From NCBI GenBank assembly GCA_016190485.1, contig JACPQN010000015.1, forward strand, positions 1 through 59,277: a stretch of 59,277 bases of DNA. Direction: 5' to 3'. Source of the DNA: Chloroflexota bacterium. GTDB lineage: Bacteria; Chloroflexota; Dehalococcoidia; SHYD01. The position numbers and the translations under genes were made by a program. Shown here piece by piece: positions 22,403 to 31,118 of this stretch (positions within the stretch are counted from its first letter, which is position 1; every line of letters begins with the position of its first letter). The notes below the pieces were generated by a model. The model saw nothing but the letters and a program-made list of their open reading frames with translations, did no database searches and was not told the origin of the DNA.

Positions 22403-22966
22403 ATGATGGAGCAAGCCCTGGAAAGAAAAGCAGCCAGGTTGTGGCTGCTGGGGACCATCGTAGCGGCGCTGTTGGTCTCAGCGTGCGCCCAGAGCGCGGG
22501 CGCACAGCAGGCGGGCGGCGACAAGGACAGGGAGATCGCTGCCCTGCGAGACCAGGTGGCCGGGCTTCAGCAAGATAGCCGATTCTGGAGCCAGCTCGCT
22601 GGCGCGCTCAAGCCAGTGGAGATGGCGAGCATGACTGACCACCGGGCCTACATGTTGCCCAGCGGCGCTGTCATCGCCCTCCATTTCGATAATCTGAAGC
22701 TGGACCAGGCCAAGAACCTCAACTGGGTCGCCCTGGGGATTCCCGGCGCCTTCACCAAGGCGGACCAGGAGCGGGTGGAGGGCCAGTTCGGCAAGGGCTT
22801 CACCCACTTCCACGATATGAAGAACGACACCCATGGCGGAAAGCCCGGCGCCGAAGGGGTCTGGTTCGTCCACATGGCCGTTCGAGACTTCGACTCTCCC
22901 ATGTCCGGCGGTGGCGTGAAAGCAGGGGTTGATGGTAAGTTCATGCCGACGCCTCCGTCTCAATAG
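22403..22966 (+). CDS. His/Met-rich lipoprotein of unknown function
   Basis: AAGGAGG RBS; lipobox LVSA-C; coiled coil; MTDH, LHFD, FTHFHD, THGG and WFVHM motifs. Confidence 0.8.
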   Translation: MMEQALERKAARLWLLGTIVAALLVSACAQSAGAQQAGGDKDREIAALRDQVAGLQQDSRFWSQLAGALKPVEMASMTDHRAYMLPSGAVIALHFDNLKLDQAKNLNWVALGIPGAFTKADQERVEGQFGKGFTHFHDMKNDTHGGKPGAEGVWFVHMAVRDFDSPMSGGGVKAGVDGKFMPTPPSQ

Positions 22967-22976
22967 CGGAGCACCG

Positions 22977-23012
22977 CTCACCCTCTCCCTTCTTTCCGGG
23001 GGAGAGGGTGAG
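22977..23012. repeat. CCCTCTCCC...GGGAGAGGG hairpin repeat
   Basis: CTCACCCTCTCCC...GGGAGAGGGTGAG; related sequence at ~41230-41300. Confidence 0.6.
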
Positions 23013-23067
23013 CGAATCTCAGGGACTGAAGGTCGCTGATGGTAGGGAGCATCGAGAAGTGAGAGCC

Positions 23068-23220
23068 ATGTGGGGGATCAAGGACGTTCAGAAGGCGGGT
23101 CTCTGCCGCTACTGACCATCAAGCTGGCTGCTGGGGCTAGCAGTCTTGCTGGTCTACGACAGTCTGTTCCTGGCGCGACAGGCGATTCGAAAGGTGACGG
23201 CCCTGCTTGTACCGCGATAG
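23068..23220 (+). CDS. candidate small membrane selenoprotein (CxxU)
   Basis: MWGIKDVQKAGLCRY-U(TGA 23113-23115)-PSSWLLGLAVLLVYDSLFLARQAIRKVTALLVPR*; SECIS-like hairpin directly 3' of the UGA; alternative GTG starts at 23059 and 23008. Confidence 0.55.
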
Positions 23221-23253
23221 TCGGCGGCGAGGCGGCGGGACAACCCCCGCACG

Positions 23254-23487
23254 TTAGAGGCCCAGAAGCTCACTCAGGCGTGCTCGGTCGAAGCCGATGA
23301 TCACCTCGCCGTCGATGACGGTGGTGGGAGTGGCGCGTGACCGCAGCGCAATGAGCTCCCGCAGCAGCGCTCGGTCCTTGCCGATGTCCTTCTCTACAAA
23401 GGGGACCCGGTGTTGAGAGAGAAACTCTTTCTCAGCATGGCAGGACGCTCAGCCCGGCTGGGTGTAGATCGCGACTTCCTGAGCCAA
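23254..23487 (-). CDS. glutaredoxin/NrdH-like selenoprotein (UxxC)
   Basis: MAQEVAIYTQPG-U-ASCHAEKEFLSQHRVPFVEKDI...ATPTTVIDGEVIIGFD (77 aa); TGA at 23451-23449 occupies the first Cys position of CxxC; missed by the ORF track. Confidence 0.9.
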
Positions 23488-23512
23488 TCTGCTCACTTCC
23501 TTACTCGCAGTG

Positions 23513-24205
23513 TTAACCTTGCGCCACGGCCGCCAGACGGCCCGAGTCCAGGATGTCGATGCGAGTACGGCCCAAGCCGATAAGCCCCTGGGCTTTCAGC
23601 TCGTTCAGGGCCAGGGTCGCCGTCTCACGAAAGGTGCCCGCCATCTCGGCCAGGTCCTGATGGGTGAGACCGGTGATAGTGCTACTCTGCTGCTCCTCGG
23701 CCAGCCGCAGCAGGAGCGCCGCCAGGCGGGCCCCCACGCTCTTAAAGGCCAGGTCTTCCAGGACAGCCTGGGCATTGAGCAGCCGCCTCCCCACGACCTG
23801 GAGCACCCGCAGCGCCACAATGGGCTTGGTAAGAAGCAGGCGCTCCACGTCCGCCCGGCTCATGGCGCAGAGGACACTGGGCTCCGCGGCTTCGGCGAAG
23901 CTATCGTACATGCCCTGGCCCAGCAGCGACATCTCTCCGAAGAAGGTACCGGCGGGTAGATGGGCAATGATGAGCTTCTTGCCTTCGGGAGAGAGGCGAT
24001 AGAGGTTGACTACCCCCTTCTTGAGCAGATAGAGCACCTCGCGCGACTCGCCGGGAATGTAGATAATCCTGCCCCGCTCGCAGGTCATCTCCGTGGTCAC
24101 CCGGTCGAGCCACTCCATCTCCTCCTTGGTGAGGTCTTTGAAGACCTCCTGGCCGGAGAGGTAGCCCACCTTGCTGGCCAACGAGGCGGGTTCGAATGCC
24201 TCCAT
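23513..24205 (-). CDS. Crp/Fnr-family transcriptional regulator
   Basis: cNMP-fold G.FFGE motif; HTH LTHQDLAEMAGTFRETAT. Confidence 0.93.
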   Translation of the reverse strand: MEAFEPASLASKVGYLSGQEVFKDLTKEEMEWLDRVTTEMTCERGRIIYIPGESREVLYLLKKGVVNLYRLSPEGKKLIIAHLPAGTFFGEMSLLGQGMYDSFAEAAEPSVLCAMSRADVERLLLTKPIVALRVLQVVGRRLLNAQAVLEDLAFKSVGARLAALLLRLAEEQQSSTITGLTHQDLAEMAGTFRETATLALNELKAQGLIGLGRTRIDILDSGRLAAVAQG

Positions 24206-24221
24206 GCGGACCTCTTAGCTC

Positions 24222-24476
24222 TTACTGTGGCCTGTAAAGTTGCGCCAGCCTGGCGTTCAGCTCCTCCGGGAAAGGGTTCCCTACGAAGAGGACGTTCTCG
24301 TCCAGGAGGAAGGTGGGCACGGCGACGACGGCGTCGGGCTTTTGCACCATCTCCCCCTCCAGATCAACGAGCTCCACAGGCAGGTCGGGGAAGCGCCGCC
24401 CCACTTCCTCGTAGAGGCGGCGCGCCTCCTCACAACCCGGGCACTGTCCTGCGACGACAATCCGAAGGAGGGGCAT
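24222..24476 (-). CDS. small thioredoxin-fold protein (CPGC)
   Basis: CPGC, AVPTF cis-Pro and GNP motifs; ATG at 24476 after AAGGA. Confidence 0.85.
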   Translation of the reverse strand: MPLLRIVVAGQCPGCEEARRLYEEVGRRFPDLPVELVDLEGEMVQKPDAVVAVPTFLLDENVLFVGNPFPEELNARLAQLYRPQ

Positions 24477-24509
24477 TGGTGTGTCCTTGTGCCAGACTGG
24501 CATACAACA

Positions 24510-24556
24510 ACTCTACGCCGGATGGCTAGGACTGGTCTGTAAGTCGGCCTACAGAC
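24510..24556 (-). promoter_or_regulatory. candidate Crp/Fnr-family box with class II promoter spacing
   Basis: GTCTGTA-N8-TACAGAC palindrome (24535-24556); on the minus strand N23 then TAGAGT. Confidence 0.6.
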
Positions 24557-24676
24557 ATGGTCCGGTATCGAAGCTATGCTGGCTGGTGAAAGTACTTGAA
24601 CAAGCGAACGAGTCCGCAAGCTTGCGCTCCCATTGTATGTCTTTCTCCTGATAGCGCATAGTCGCAGAGGAGTACC

Positions 24677-26218
24677 ATGACGGCCATTGCTACGGAGAGC
24701 AGCGCCCCAGTTAAAGCAACTGAGCAACGCTCCGGCGTACCTGGCCAGCCAGAGAAGATGAAGCTGCGCACCAGGGCGGCTATCCGCCTTGGGGTGGTGG
24801 CCCTTGGAACGGTCACCTTCTTGTTGGCGTTGCCTGACGCCATGCTCCCGCCCTCGCCCACCTTCGCCGTCCTGCTTGGCCTGGTCGTCGCCAGCGAGGC
24901 CCTGGCGGTACGACGGTCGGCCACCAATGGCGTGGTCAGCATGACCTTCGTGGCGCTGGCAGCCGCGGTATTCCTCTTGGGGCCGGGTGCCGCAGCCCTG
25001 CTGGGCGTGCTTGGCGTCGTGCTGGGGGATGGGCTGCTGCGTCGCGGGCCTGCGCTCCTGGTGTGGGAGAAGGCTAGCATCCTCGTTCTCATGCTGATAG
25101 CCGGCGGAAGCGCGGTGGAGCTTACCGCGGTGGCAGGCGGCGGGATCCAGAGCATGGTGTCCCACGCCGTCATGGCCTTCTGGGCTGGGAGTTTTCTCCT
25201 GCTGCTCCTCACTGAATGCCGCAGCTACCGGCGGTGGACACTCGGATGCGCTGAGGCCGCCGCTGCGCTCCTCTTTGTGGGCGCCCTGTGGACCCAGCCC
25301 CTGTGGTCGGCGCGCCTGGGAGAGACAAGCATGATGTACGCCCTCACGCATGTCTCCTCCATGTTCCTCCTGGCGGGAGCCTTCATGATGGTAGACAGCG
25401 TAGCCACCTCCACCATACAGATCGCCTCGGCCGGCCTCGCTGGCCTGCGATTCTGGCGCTATGGCCTGCTGCCAGCGTTCTACCAGTATAATGGCCAGGC
25501 CCTGGCTGCCTTGCTGCTCCTTTGGGCAGACTTCTCCGGCGGCCCCTACGGGCTTGTCGCAGCCGCCGCCTTCGTGGTTTTGGGATTCTACGCGTACCGG
25601 CTGTACATTGGGAAAGAAGATCTCCTGGTCGCCAGCTTGTGCGCCCTGTCCTCGGCTCTGGATGCCAAGGACTCCTACACCCAAGGACATTCGGACCGGG
25701 TTGCGGTTTACTCGGTAGCGCTGGCTCGGGCTCTGGGATTCAGCCTGGGCAAGCAACGGCAGGTGCAGCTCGCCGCGCAGCTCCACGACATCGGGAAAAT
25801 CGGCATCCCCGACGCCGTTCTGCTGAAGCCCGGGCGTTTCACACCCGAAGAATACGAAGTCATGAAGGGCCACGTCAGCAGAGGAGTGGAGATTCTGTGG
25901 AACGTCCCTGACCTGCGGGAGCTTGCCCGCATCGTCGAGCAGGAGCACGAACGCTGGAACGGGTCGGGGTACCCCAACGGGTTGCGCGGCGAGGGCATCC
26001 TGTTGGCAGCGCGCATCATCGCCGTGGCCGACGTGTACGATGCGCTGACGTCAGATCGCTCTTACCGCAAAGCCCTCTCGGAAGAAGAGGCGCGGGCCAC
26101 CTTAGAGGACCTGGCAGGAGTTGAGCTGGACGCTAAACTGGTGCGAGCCTTCCTCGCGCTACAACGTCACAGTGACCTGGAGGCGGACCTGGCCTTTGCC
26201 TACTGCCTCACCCATTGA
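24677..26218 (+). CDS. membrane-anchored HD-GYP phosphodiesterase
   Basis: Multi-TM N-terminus; D.YT.GHS.RV, LHDIGKIG, HERWNGSGYP and VADVYDAL motifs. Confidence 0.92.
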   Translation: MTAIATESSAPVKATEQRSGVPGQPEKMKLRTRAAIRLGVVALGTVTFLLALPDAMLPPSPTFAVLLGLVVASEALAVRRSATNGVVSMTFVALAAAVFLLGPGAAALLGVLGVVLGDGLLRRGPALLVWEKASILVLMLIAGGSAVELTAVAGGGIQSMVSHAVMAFWAGSFLLLLLTECRSYRRWTLGCAEAAAALLFVGALWTQPLWSARLGETSMMYALTHVSSMFLLAGAFMMVDSVATSTIQIASAGLAGLRFWRYGLLPAFYQYNGQALAALLLLWADFSGGPYGLVAAAAFVVLGFYAYRLYIGKEDLLVASLCALSSALDAKDSYTQGHSDRVAVYSVALARALGFSLGKQRQVQLAAQLHDIGKIGIPDAVLLKPGRFTPEEYEVMKGHVSRGVEILWNVPDLRELARIVEQEHERWNGSGYPNGLRGEGILLAARIIAVADVYDALTSDRSYRKALSEEEARATLEDLAGVELDAKLVRAFLALQRHSDLEADLAFAYCLTH

Positions 26219-26257
26219 CTCCCGCGCGACCCCACAACCCGCGCCCACAACCCGCGC

Positions 26258-26386
26258 TTGACGGCCCCGCCGGGCGGCGCGACAATGCGGCTACCTTGGC
26301 AGGGAGGCATGGTTGCCATGGATGGGATGCGGGCAGAGCAGACCGGGAGCCGGTAGCACCAGGTTGACGCCTGGTGCTTTTGTTTT
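26258..26386 (+). promoter_or_regulatory. promoter plus leader with intrinsic terminator (attenuator-like)
   Basis: TTGACG-N17-GACAAT; stem AGCACCAGG/CCTGGTGCT (26355-26378) followed by TTTGTTTT, upstream of the gene start. Confidence 0.6.
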
Positions 26387-26424
26387 CTGCCTCGGCCGCC
26401 GATTCTTTTCATGAGGAGGTCGGA

Positions 26425-26682
26425 ATGAACTCCAGTCTCATCGGCAAGATCGAGAAGGCCAAGCGCTACGCCCAGGAGCGAGGGCGGGTCTCCTTCCAGG
26501 AGTTCCGGGTCACCTTCAGGGGCGAGAATGATCTCCACGCGGTGGGCTTTCGCGAGGGGCGCTGGCAATGCACCTGCGACTTCTTTGCCGATAGAGAGCT
26601 GTGTAGTCATACCATGGCCCTGGAGAAGATCCTGGGCGACATGTTGCCCACCGCAGCCATATCGGGCGCTGTGTTGATCTAG
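26425..26682 (+). CDS. small SWIM zinc-finger protein
   Basis: MNSSLIGKIEKAKRYA; CTC.F.....CSH motif; GAGGAGGT RBS. Confidence 0.85.
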   Translation: MNSSLIGKIEKAKRYAQERGRVSFQEFRVTFRGENDLHAVGFREGRWQCTCDFFADRELCSHTMALEKILGDMLPTAAISGAVLI

Positions 26683-26706
26683 CCATTTCAGCGGGTTACC
26701 ACCAGA

Positions 26707-26736
26707 AGGAGGAGCAGCCGCCGGCTGCTCCTCCTT
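26707..26736. terminator. bidirectional terminator
   Basis: AGGAGGAGCAGCC-GCC-GGCTGCTCCTCCT between convergent genes. Confidence 0.7.
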
Positions 26737-26763
26737 GCTTTCTCCCTGCGAGCGCGCCTCTGG

Positions 26764-26934
26764 TTACCTCCGGCGCAGCCACCGCCAGATCAGGGCTCCC
26801 ACTACACCGGCCAGAACCAGCGGCGCCAGAAGATACGTCATGTAGATGAGGACAAAACCCACGCCCACCAGCCCCAGCACGATGGCCGTGGCCAACAGAA
26901 AACGCCACTCCGGCGCCAGCTCTCCCTCATGCAA
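26764..26934 (-). CDS. 56-aa two-helix membrane protein
   Basis: TTG start after GAGGT; MHEGELAPEWRFLLATAIVLGLVGVGFVLIYMTYLLAPLVLAGVVGALIWRWLRRR*. Confidence 0.65.
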   Translation of the reverse strand: MHEGELAPEWRFLLATAIVLGLVGVGFVLIYMTYLLAPLVLAGVVGALIWRWLRRR

Positions 26935-26952
26935 CGCGCCACCTCAGCGTGG

Positions 26953-27345
26953 CTACCCAGCGTAGACCCGGAGCACCAGGCAGGCATTCTGGCCGCCGTT
27001 GCCGTTCCCCAACACCACGCCGACCCGGCTGGCGTCTTCGCTGGCCAGGTCCAGGCGGGCGTCCTCCAGGGCCATCTTGGAGGACGCCACCGCAAACTGG
27101 CTGAACCGGGCCAGCCGGCGCGCATCCTTGGCGTCCATAAACGCCCTGGGGTCAAATCCTTTCACCTCCGCCGCGATAGTGGTGGGATAGCCCTCAGTGT
27201 TGCAGAGGGTGATCTGGCCGATGCCCGATCTGCCCTGCACCAGCCCCGCCCAGAAGTCAGCTACGTTCAAACCCAGGGGCGTTACTGCTCCCATACCCGT
27301 TACCACCACCCGGCGGCGTCCGCGATTATCACGTCCTGATGTCAT
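26953..27345 (-). pseudogene. fabF: beta-ketoacyl-ACP synthase II with a large internal deletion
   Basis: RRVVVTGMG.VTPLG N-terminus joined directly to the GGQNACLV C-terminus; only 130 aa; no catalytic Cys/His region. Confidence 0.85.
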
Positions 27346-27371
27346 AGGGGGCTCCTCGATGCGCTGGTTCC

Positions 27372-28760
27372 TTAAGGAATAACACCGGTGGGGCCGGCCG
27401 CGTGCTCCGGGCTGGACGAAAAAATGTCCAGCGCCTCCTCCGCTCGGCCCAGCAGCGTGAGCACCTGGCCCGCCAGGTACAGGGACCCCGTGGCGCAGAT
27501 CATGTCCGCTTCGTCGGCCTCAGCTCTGGCCACTGCCAGCGCGCTTGCCACGGCATCGGCCACCTGCACCGCGACGTTGCGGTGGCGGAAGGCCGCCGCC
27601 AGGGCCTCGGTCGGCGTGGCGCGAGGGTGGGCAACGCGGGTCACGATAGCCAGGTCGGTTGCCGGAGCTAGCTCCCGGGCAATGGCGTCCTGATCTTTGT
27701 CCGAGAGGGTGGCGACCACCAGGATGGCCCGCCGGTGCGGAAAGTCCGACTGGAGCGCCTCACACAGGCACCGCGCCGAAGCGCCGTTGTGGGCGCCGTC
27801 CAGCAGCAGGAGGGGTTCCCGCTCCAGCACCTGGAGCCGGCCGGGCCAGCGCACCCGGGCCACGCCCTGCTCTACCGCTACGCGGGTAACCGCCACGCCG
27901 TGCTCACGCAGCGCCTCCACGGCCAGGGCCACCACCGCGGCGTTCTCCGCCTGAAAGGCCCCGAGCAGTGGCGTGGTGAGCTGGAATCTGGTCTTCAGCC
28001 CCCGCACTTGGACGGACTGCCCCTCAAAGGTCTGACTGAGCCGCGCCCACTTGGCCCTGGATGCCACGTCCACCAGGGGCGCGCCCTGCTGATAGCACCG
28101 CTGCGCGATGACGGTGCGGGCCGCGTCATCCTGGGGGGCCATAATCACCGGCACGCCGGGCTTGATGATGCCCGCCTTCTCCCCCGCAATGGCGTCCAGG
28201 GTCGCGCCCAGGACCTCCACATGGTCGTAGCTGACAGGGGTGATGATGCAGAGGTCGGGCTGGGGCACCACGTTTGTAGCGTCCAGGCGCCCACCCATGC
28301 CTGCCTCCAGCACCTGGGCCGCGGCCCCCTGCCGCTGGAAGTGCAGGAAGGCCAGGGCCGTCAGCAGCTCAAAGGTGGTGATCCTCCCGTAGACCGGCTC
28401 CTGGTGGTAGGACTCTACCTCACGGTGAAGTTGCTCCACCAGCGTCGCCAGGTCGGCGGGAGAGATGGCCCGGCCGCTGAGCCGCACTCGCTCCCGCAGG
28501 TCACACAGGTGGGGCGAGGTGAAGAGGCCGGTGCGGTACCCTGCGGCCTCCAGCACCGAGGCCATCATAGCGGCGACGCTGCCCTTGCCCTTGGTGCCGG
28601 CGATGTGGACGGTCACTCGCCCGAGATGCGGGTCTCCCAGCCGTCGTAGCAGCATCGCCATGCGCCGCAGGTCGTAGTGCTCCGCGGCGTAGGCCTGAGC
28701 GGGCTGCTGCTCGTAGTTGGTGAAGCTCTGGAGATAGCGCAGCGCGTCTTGGTAGGTCAC
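27372..28760 (-). CDS. folC: folylpolyglutamate/dihydrofolate synthase
   Basis: HIAGTKGKGS, FTSPHL, EAGMGGRLDATN, WPGR, DGAHN and GSLYL motifs. Confidence 0.95.
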   Translation of the reverse strand: MTYQDALRYLQSFTNYEQQPAQAYAAEHYDLRRMAMLLRRLGDPHLGRVTVHIAGTKGKGSVAAMMASVLEAAGYRTGLFTSPHLCDLRERVRLSGRAISPADLATLVEQLHREVESYHQEPVYGRITTFELLTALAFLHFQRQGAAAQVLEAGMGGRLDATNVVPQPDLCIITPVSYDHVEVLGATLDAIAGEKAGIIKPGVPVIMAPQDDAARTVIAQRCYQQGAPLVDVASRAKWARLSQTFEGQSVQVRGLKTRFQLTTPLLGAFQAENAAVVALAVEALREHGVAVTRVAVEQGVARVRWPGRLQVLEREPLLLLDGAHNGASARCLCEALQSDFPHRRAILVVATLSDKDQDAIARELAPATDLAIVTRVAHPRATPTEALAAAFRHRNVAVQVADAVASALAVARAEADEADMICATGSLYLAGQVLTLLGRAEEALDIFSSSPEHAAGPTGVIP

Positions 28761-28868
28761 AGGTGGTCAAGGGCAGACAACAGCAACGGCCGTACTGAGC
28801 ACCGCTCTGAGTGGCCATTATAACATACAACCTTGTCCCGTCGGATGCCCTTTGTGGAGTGCAGGTAG

Positions 28869-28970
28869 CGAGGGTGTGTATCAACCCGCCACCTCAGGCT
28901 CAAGCCTGAGGCATTCTGAGCGGCTATGCTGCAGGCTGAAGCCTGCAGCGCGGAGTTACTAAACACTCTC
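28869..28970. repeat. MITE/REP-like repeat family A, copy 2 (inverted)
   Basis: Ends CGAGGGTGTGTA...TAAACACTCTCG with two internal palindromes. Confidence 0.8.
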
Positions 28971-29210
28971 GTTCGGTAGCATTGCTTGACAATGGCGGCG
29001 CCAATTTGTATACGATGCATCAATCGCGGTAATGGAGGTGATAGACCAGAATTGTAGATTGGCGAAGGTTGGCCTACTCCGGCAGTTCTCGGCTGTTGGG
29101 GAGAGCGAAAGGAGCACAGTCAAGGCACGCTCATGACGAACGAAGCCTGTCGAGGGAAGCTGGTGGGCTTTTGACGGTGCGAACCAGGAGTGGTCACGGA
29201 GGAGAAAACC

Positions 29211-30818
29211 ATGCGTCCATGGCAGTGGTTGCCCGTTGCAGCAGCGTTAGCCACCGTGCTGGCGGCCTGCGTGCCGGCCGCACAGGCCCCGGCAGAGAAA
29301 CCGGCGGCGGAACAGCCTGTGGCCGAGTATGGCGGCGTGCTGAACTTAGCCCTGTCAACCGAGCCTGCAACGCTCGATCTGCACGCCGACAACACCTCGA
29401 CGCCGGTGTTTCCTATCTACAACCCCCTGGTCCGCTACGACCCGCTCGAAGCCCTGATGAGCAAGGTGGAGCCGAACCTGGCGGAACGCTGGGAGATCAG
29501 CCCCGACGGAAAGACCTACACCTTCCATCTCATCAAGGGAGTGAAGTTCCACCAGGGGGGCGAATTCACCGCGTCAGACGCGGCCTTCAGCTTCGAACGG
29601 CAAAAGAACCCCCAGAAGGGCCAGGTGGCGCCACGCAAGGCCGCGTTTGACCCCGTGGACCGTTTTGAGGTGGTGGACGATTACACCCTCCGTGTTCACA
29701 TGAAGCGGCTCTACGCCTCGTTCCTGGCGAATATCGCCCAGGGGTGGATGGCCATGCTGGACAAGGAGTGGGTGGAGGCCGGCCATGATCCGACCAAAGA
29801 ACTGAACGGCACCGGGCCCTTCACCTGGAAAGAGTACATCCGTGGAACCTCGGTAGAGCAGGTCAAGAACCCCAACTACTGGAAGAAGGGGTTGCCCTAC
29901 CTGGACGGCGTGAAATACTTCTTCATCCCTGACGAGGGCACGCTTCTAGCCGCCTTCCGGACCGGGAACCTTCACATATCCGGCAGCGCCCTGAACCTGG
30001 CCCAGCAAGGGGATGTCACCAGCGCCCTCGGGGACAAGGTCCGCTCCGAAAAGCGGCCTGTCTACTACGGTAACAGCCTGGTCAACCTGTCTACCGCCAA
30101 GAAACCCTTCGATGACGTGCGCGTGCGGCGGGCGCTGTCCTACGCCATCGATCGGGAGGCCGGCATCAAGGTGCTCTGGGAAGGGCAGGGGTACAACCAG
30201 GGGTATATGCCCGGGAAAGGGCCCTGGGGCCTCCCCCCAGAAGAGCTCGCCAAGTTCCCGGGCTTTAGCGGCGATCCCGAGAAGAACCGGGCTGAAGCTA
30301 AGCGGCTCCTGGCGGAGGCGGGCTACCCCAACGGCTTCAACGTGGCCATGAACGTGCGGAAACAGACTGGCCGGGAGCAGGTCAACATTTTCGTGCAGGA
30401 CCAGTGGAAGAGGATCGGTGTCATCGGGACCCTTAAGACCTATGAGACGGCCGTCTCCTACGAGCTGCTACGTAGCGGGGACTACGAGGTCTTCGAGTGG
30501 GGCACCGCCTACGCGTTCGACGACCCGGACGCCATCTACGCCGAGCACTTCACCTGCAAAGCTGAGCGCAACTACGCCCACCTCTGCATTCCGGAGGTGG
30601 ACGCCCTCTTCGAGAAACAGTCGGCGGAGCTAGACCTGGCCAAGCGAAAGAAGCTGGTGAACGAGATGGAGAAGGCGGCCCTGGACGCCATGCCCAGGAT
30701 CATCATCCCGGCAGGGGATAACACGGCCACGGGCATCTGGAACACGGTCCGGAACTGGCGCTTGCAGCCCAGCCCCTACGGCAATCGCCACTGGGAGCAG
30801 ACCTGGCTGGCCAAATAG
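29211..30818 (+). CDS. ABC transporter family-5 substrate-binding lipoprotein (more distant paralogue 4)
   Basis: GGAGGAG RBS; lipobox LAAC; LAERWEIS.DGKTYTF and AQGWM motifs. Confidence 0.92.
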   Translation: MRPWQWLPVAAALATVLAACVPAAQAPAEKPAAEQPVAEYGGVLNLALSTEPATLDLHADNTSTPVFPIYNPLVRYDPLEALMSKVEPNLAERWEISPDGKTYTFHLIKGVKFHQGGEFTASDAAFSFERQKNPQKGQVAPRKAAFDPVDRFEVVDDYTLRVHMKRLYASFLANIAQGWMAMLDKEWVEAGHDPTKELNGTGPFTWKEYIRGTSVEQVKNPNYWKKGLPYLDGVKYFFIPDEGTLLAAFRTGNLHISGSALNLAQQGDVTSALGDKVRSEKRPVYYGNSLVNLSTAKKPFDDVRVRRALSYAIDREAGIKVLWEGQGYNQGYMPGKGPWGLPPEELAKFPGFSGDPEKNRAEAKRLLAEAGYPNGFNVAMNVRKQTGREQVNIFVQDQWKRIGVIGTLKTYETAVSYELLRSGDYEVFEWGTAYAFDDPDAIYAEHFTCKAERNYAHLCIPEVDALFEKQSAELDLAKRKKLVNEMEKAALDAMPRIIIPAGDNTATGIWNTVRNWRLQPSPYGNRHWEQTWLAK

Positions 30819-30883
30819 CGCCACCCGCTCCTTGACCTCTGCGCGCCGTGCACCGTGCAATAAAGGCCAAGACACGCCCCTGA

Positions 30884-31004
30884 CAGGCTGCGGAAAAGGG
30901 CATTCCCGCTCGTCCTGAGCCTGTCGAAGGACGAGTGGCTCATGGTTCCCTTCGGCAAGCTCAGGGTAAACTCGGCTCACCATGAGCGGTTTTTCAACAG
31001 CCTG
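30884..31004. mobile_element. MITE family B (IS5-like TIRs)
   Basis: CAGGCTGCGGAAAA...TTTTCAACAGCCTG, flanked by CTGA/CTAA; second copy at 45988-46089. Confidence 0.7.
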
Positions 31005-31118
31005 CTAAGGGAAGGGATCTACTGGACGAGTACACGTTCCGAAGGGCTGAGTGCTCGCGGCGGCAGCGGGCTCGCGGTACGCAGCGGCCACAGACGCGTG
31101 TAGGCGCTACTGCTCAGA

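Noticed and set aside
23070-23300. 76-aa ORF from the track
   Set aside because: No recognisable features and it overlaps the seleno-glutaredoxin; the CxxU frame explains the region better.
26200-26260. Sec readthrough at the HD-GYP stop (YCLTH-TGA)
   Set aside because: Not a CxxU motif, no hairpin downstream, and a promoter follows.
29020-29210. Riboswitch or uORF in the SBP-4 leader
   Set aside because: No recognisable aptamer consensus or terminator; the ~34-codon uORF lacks support.
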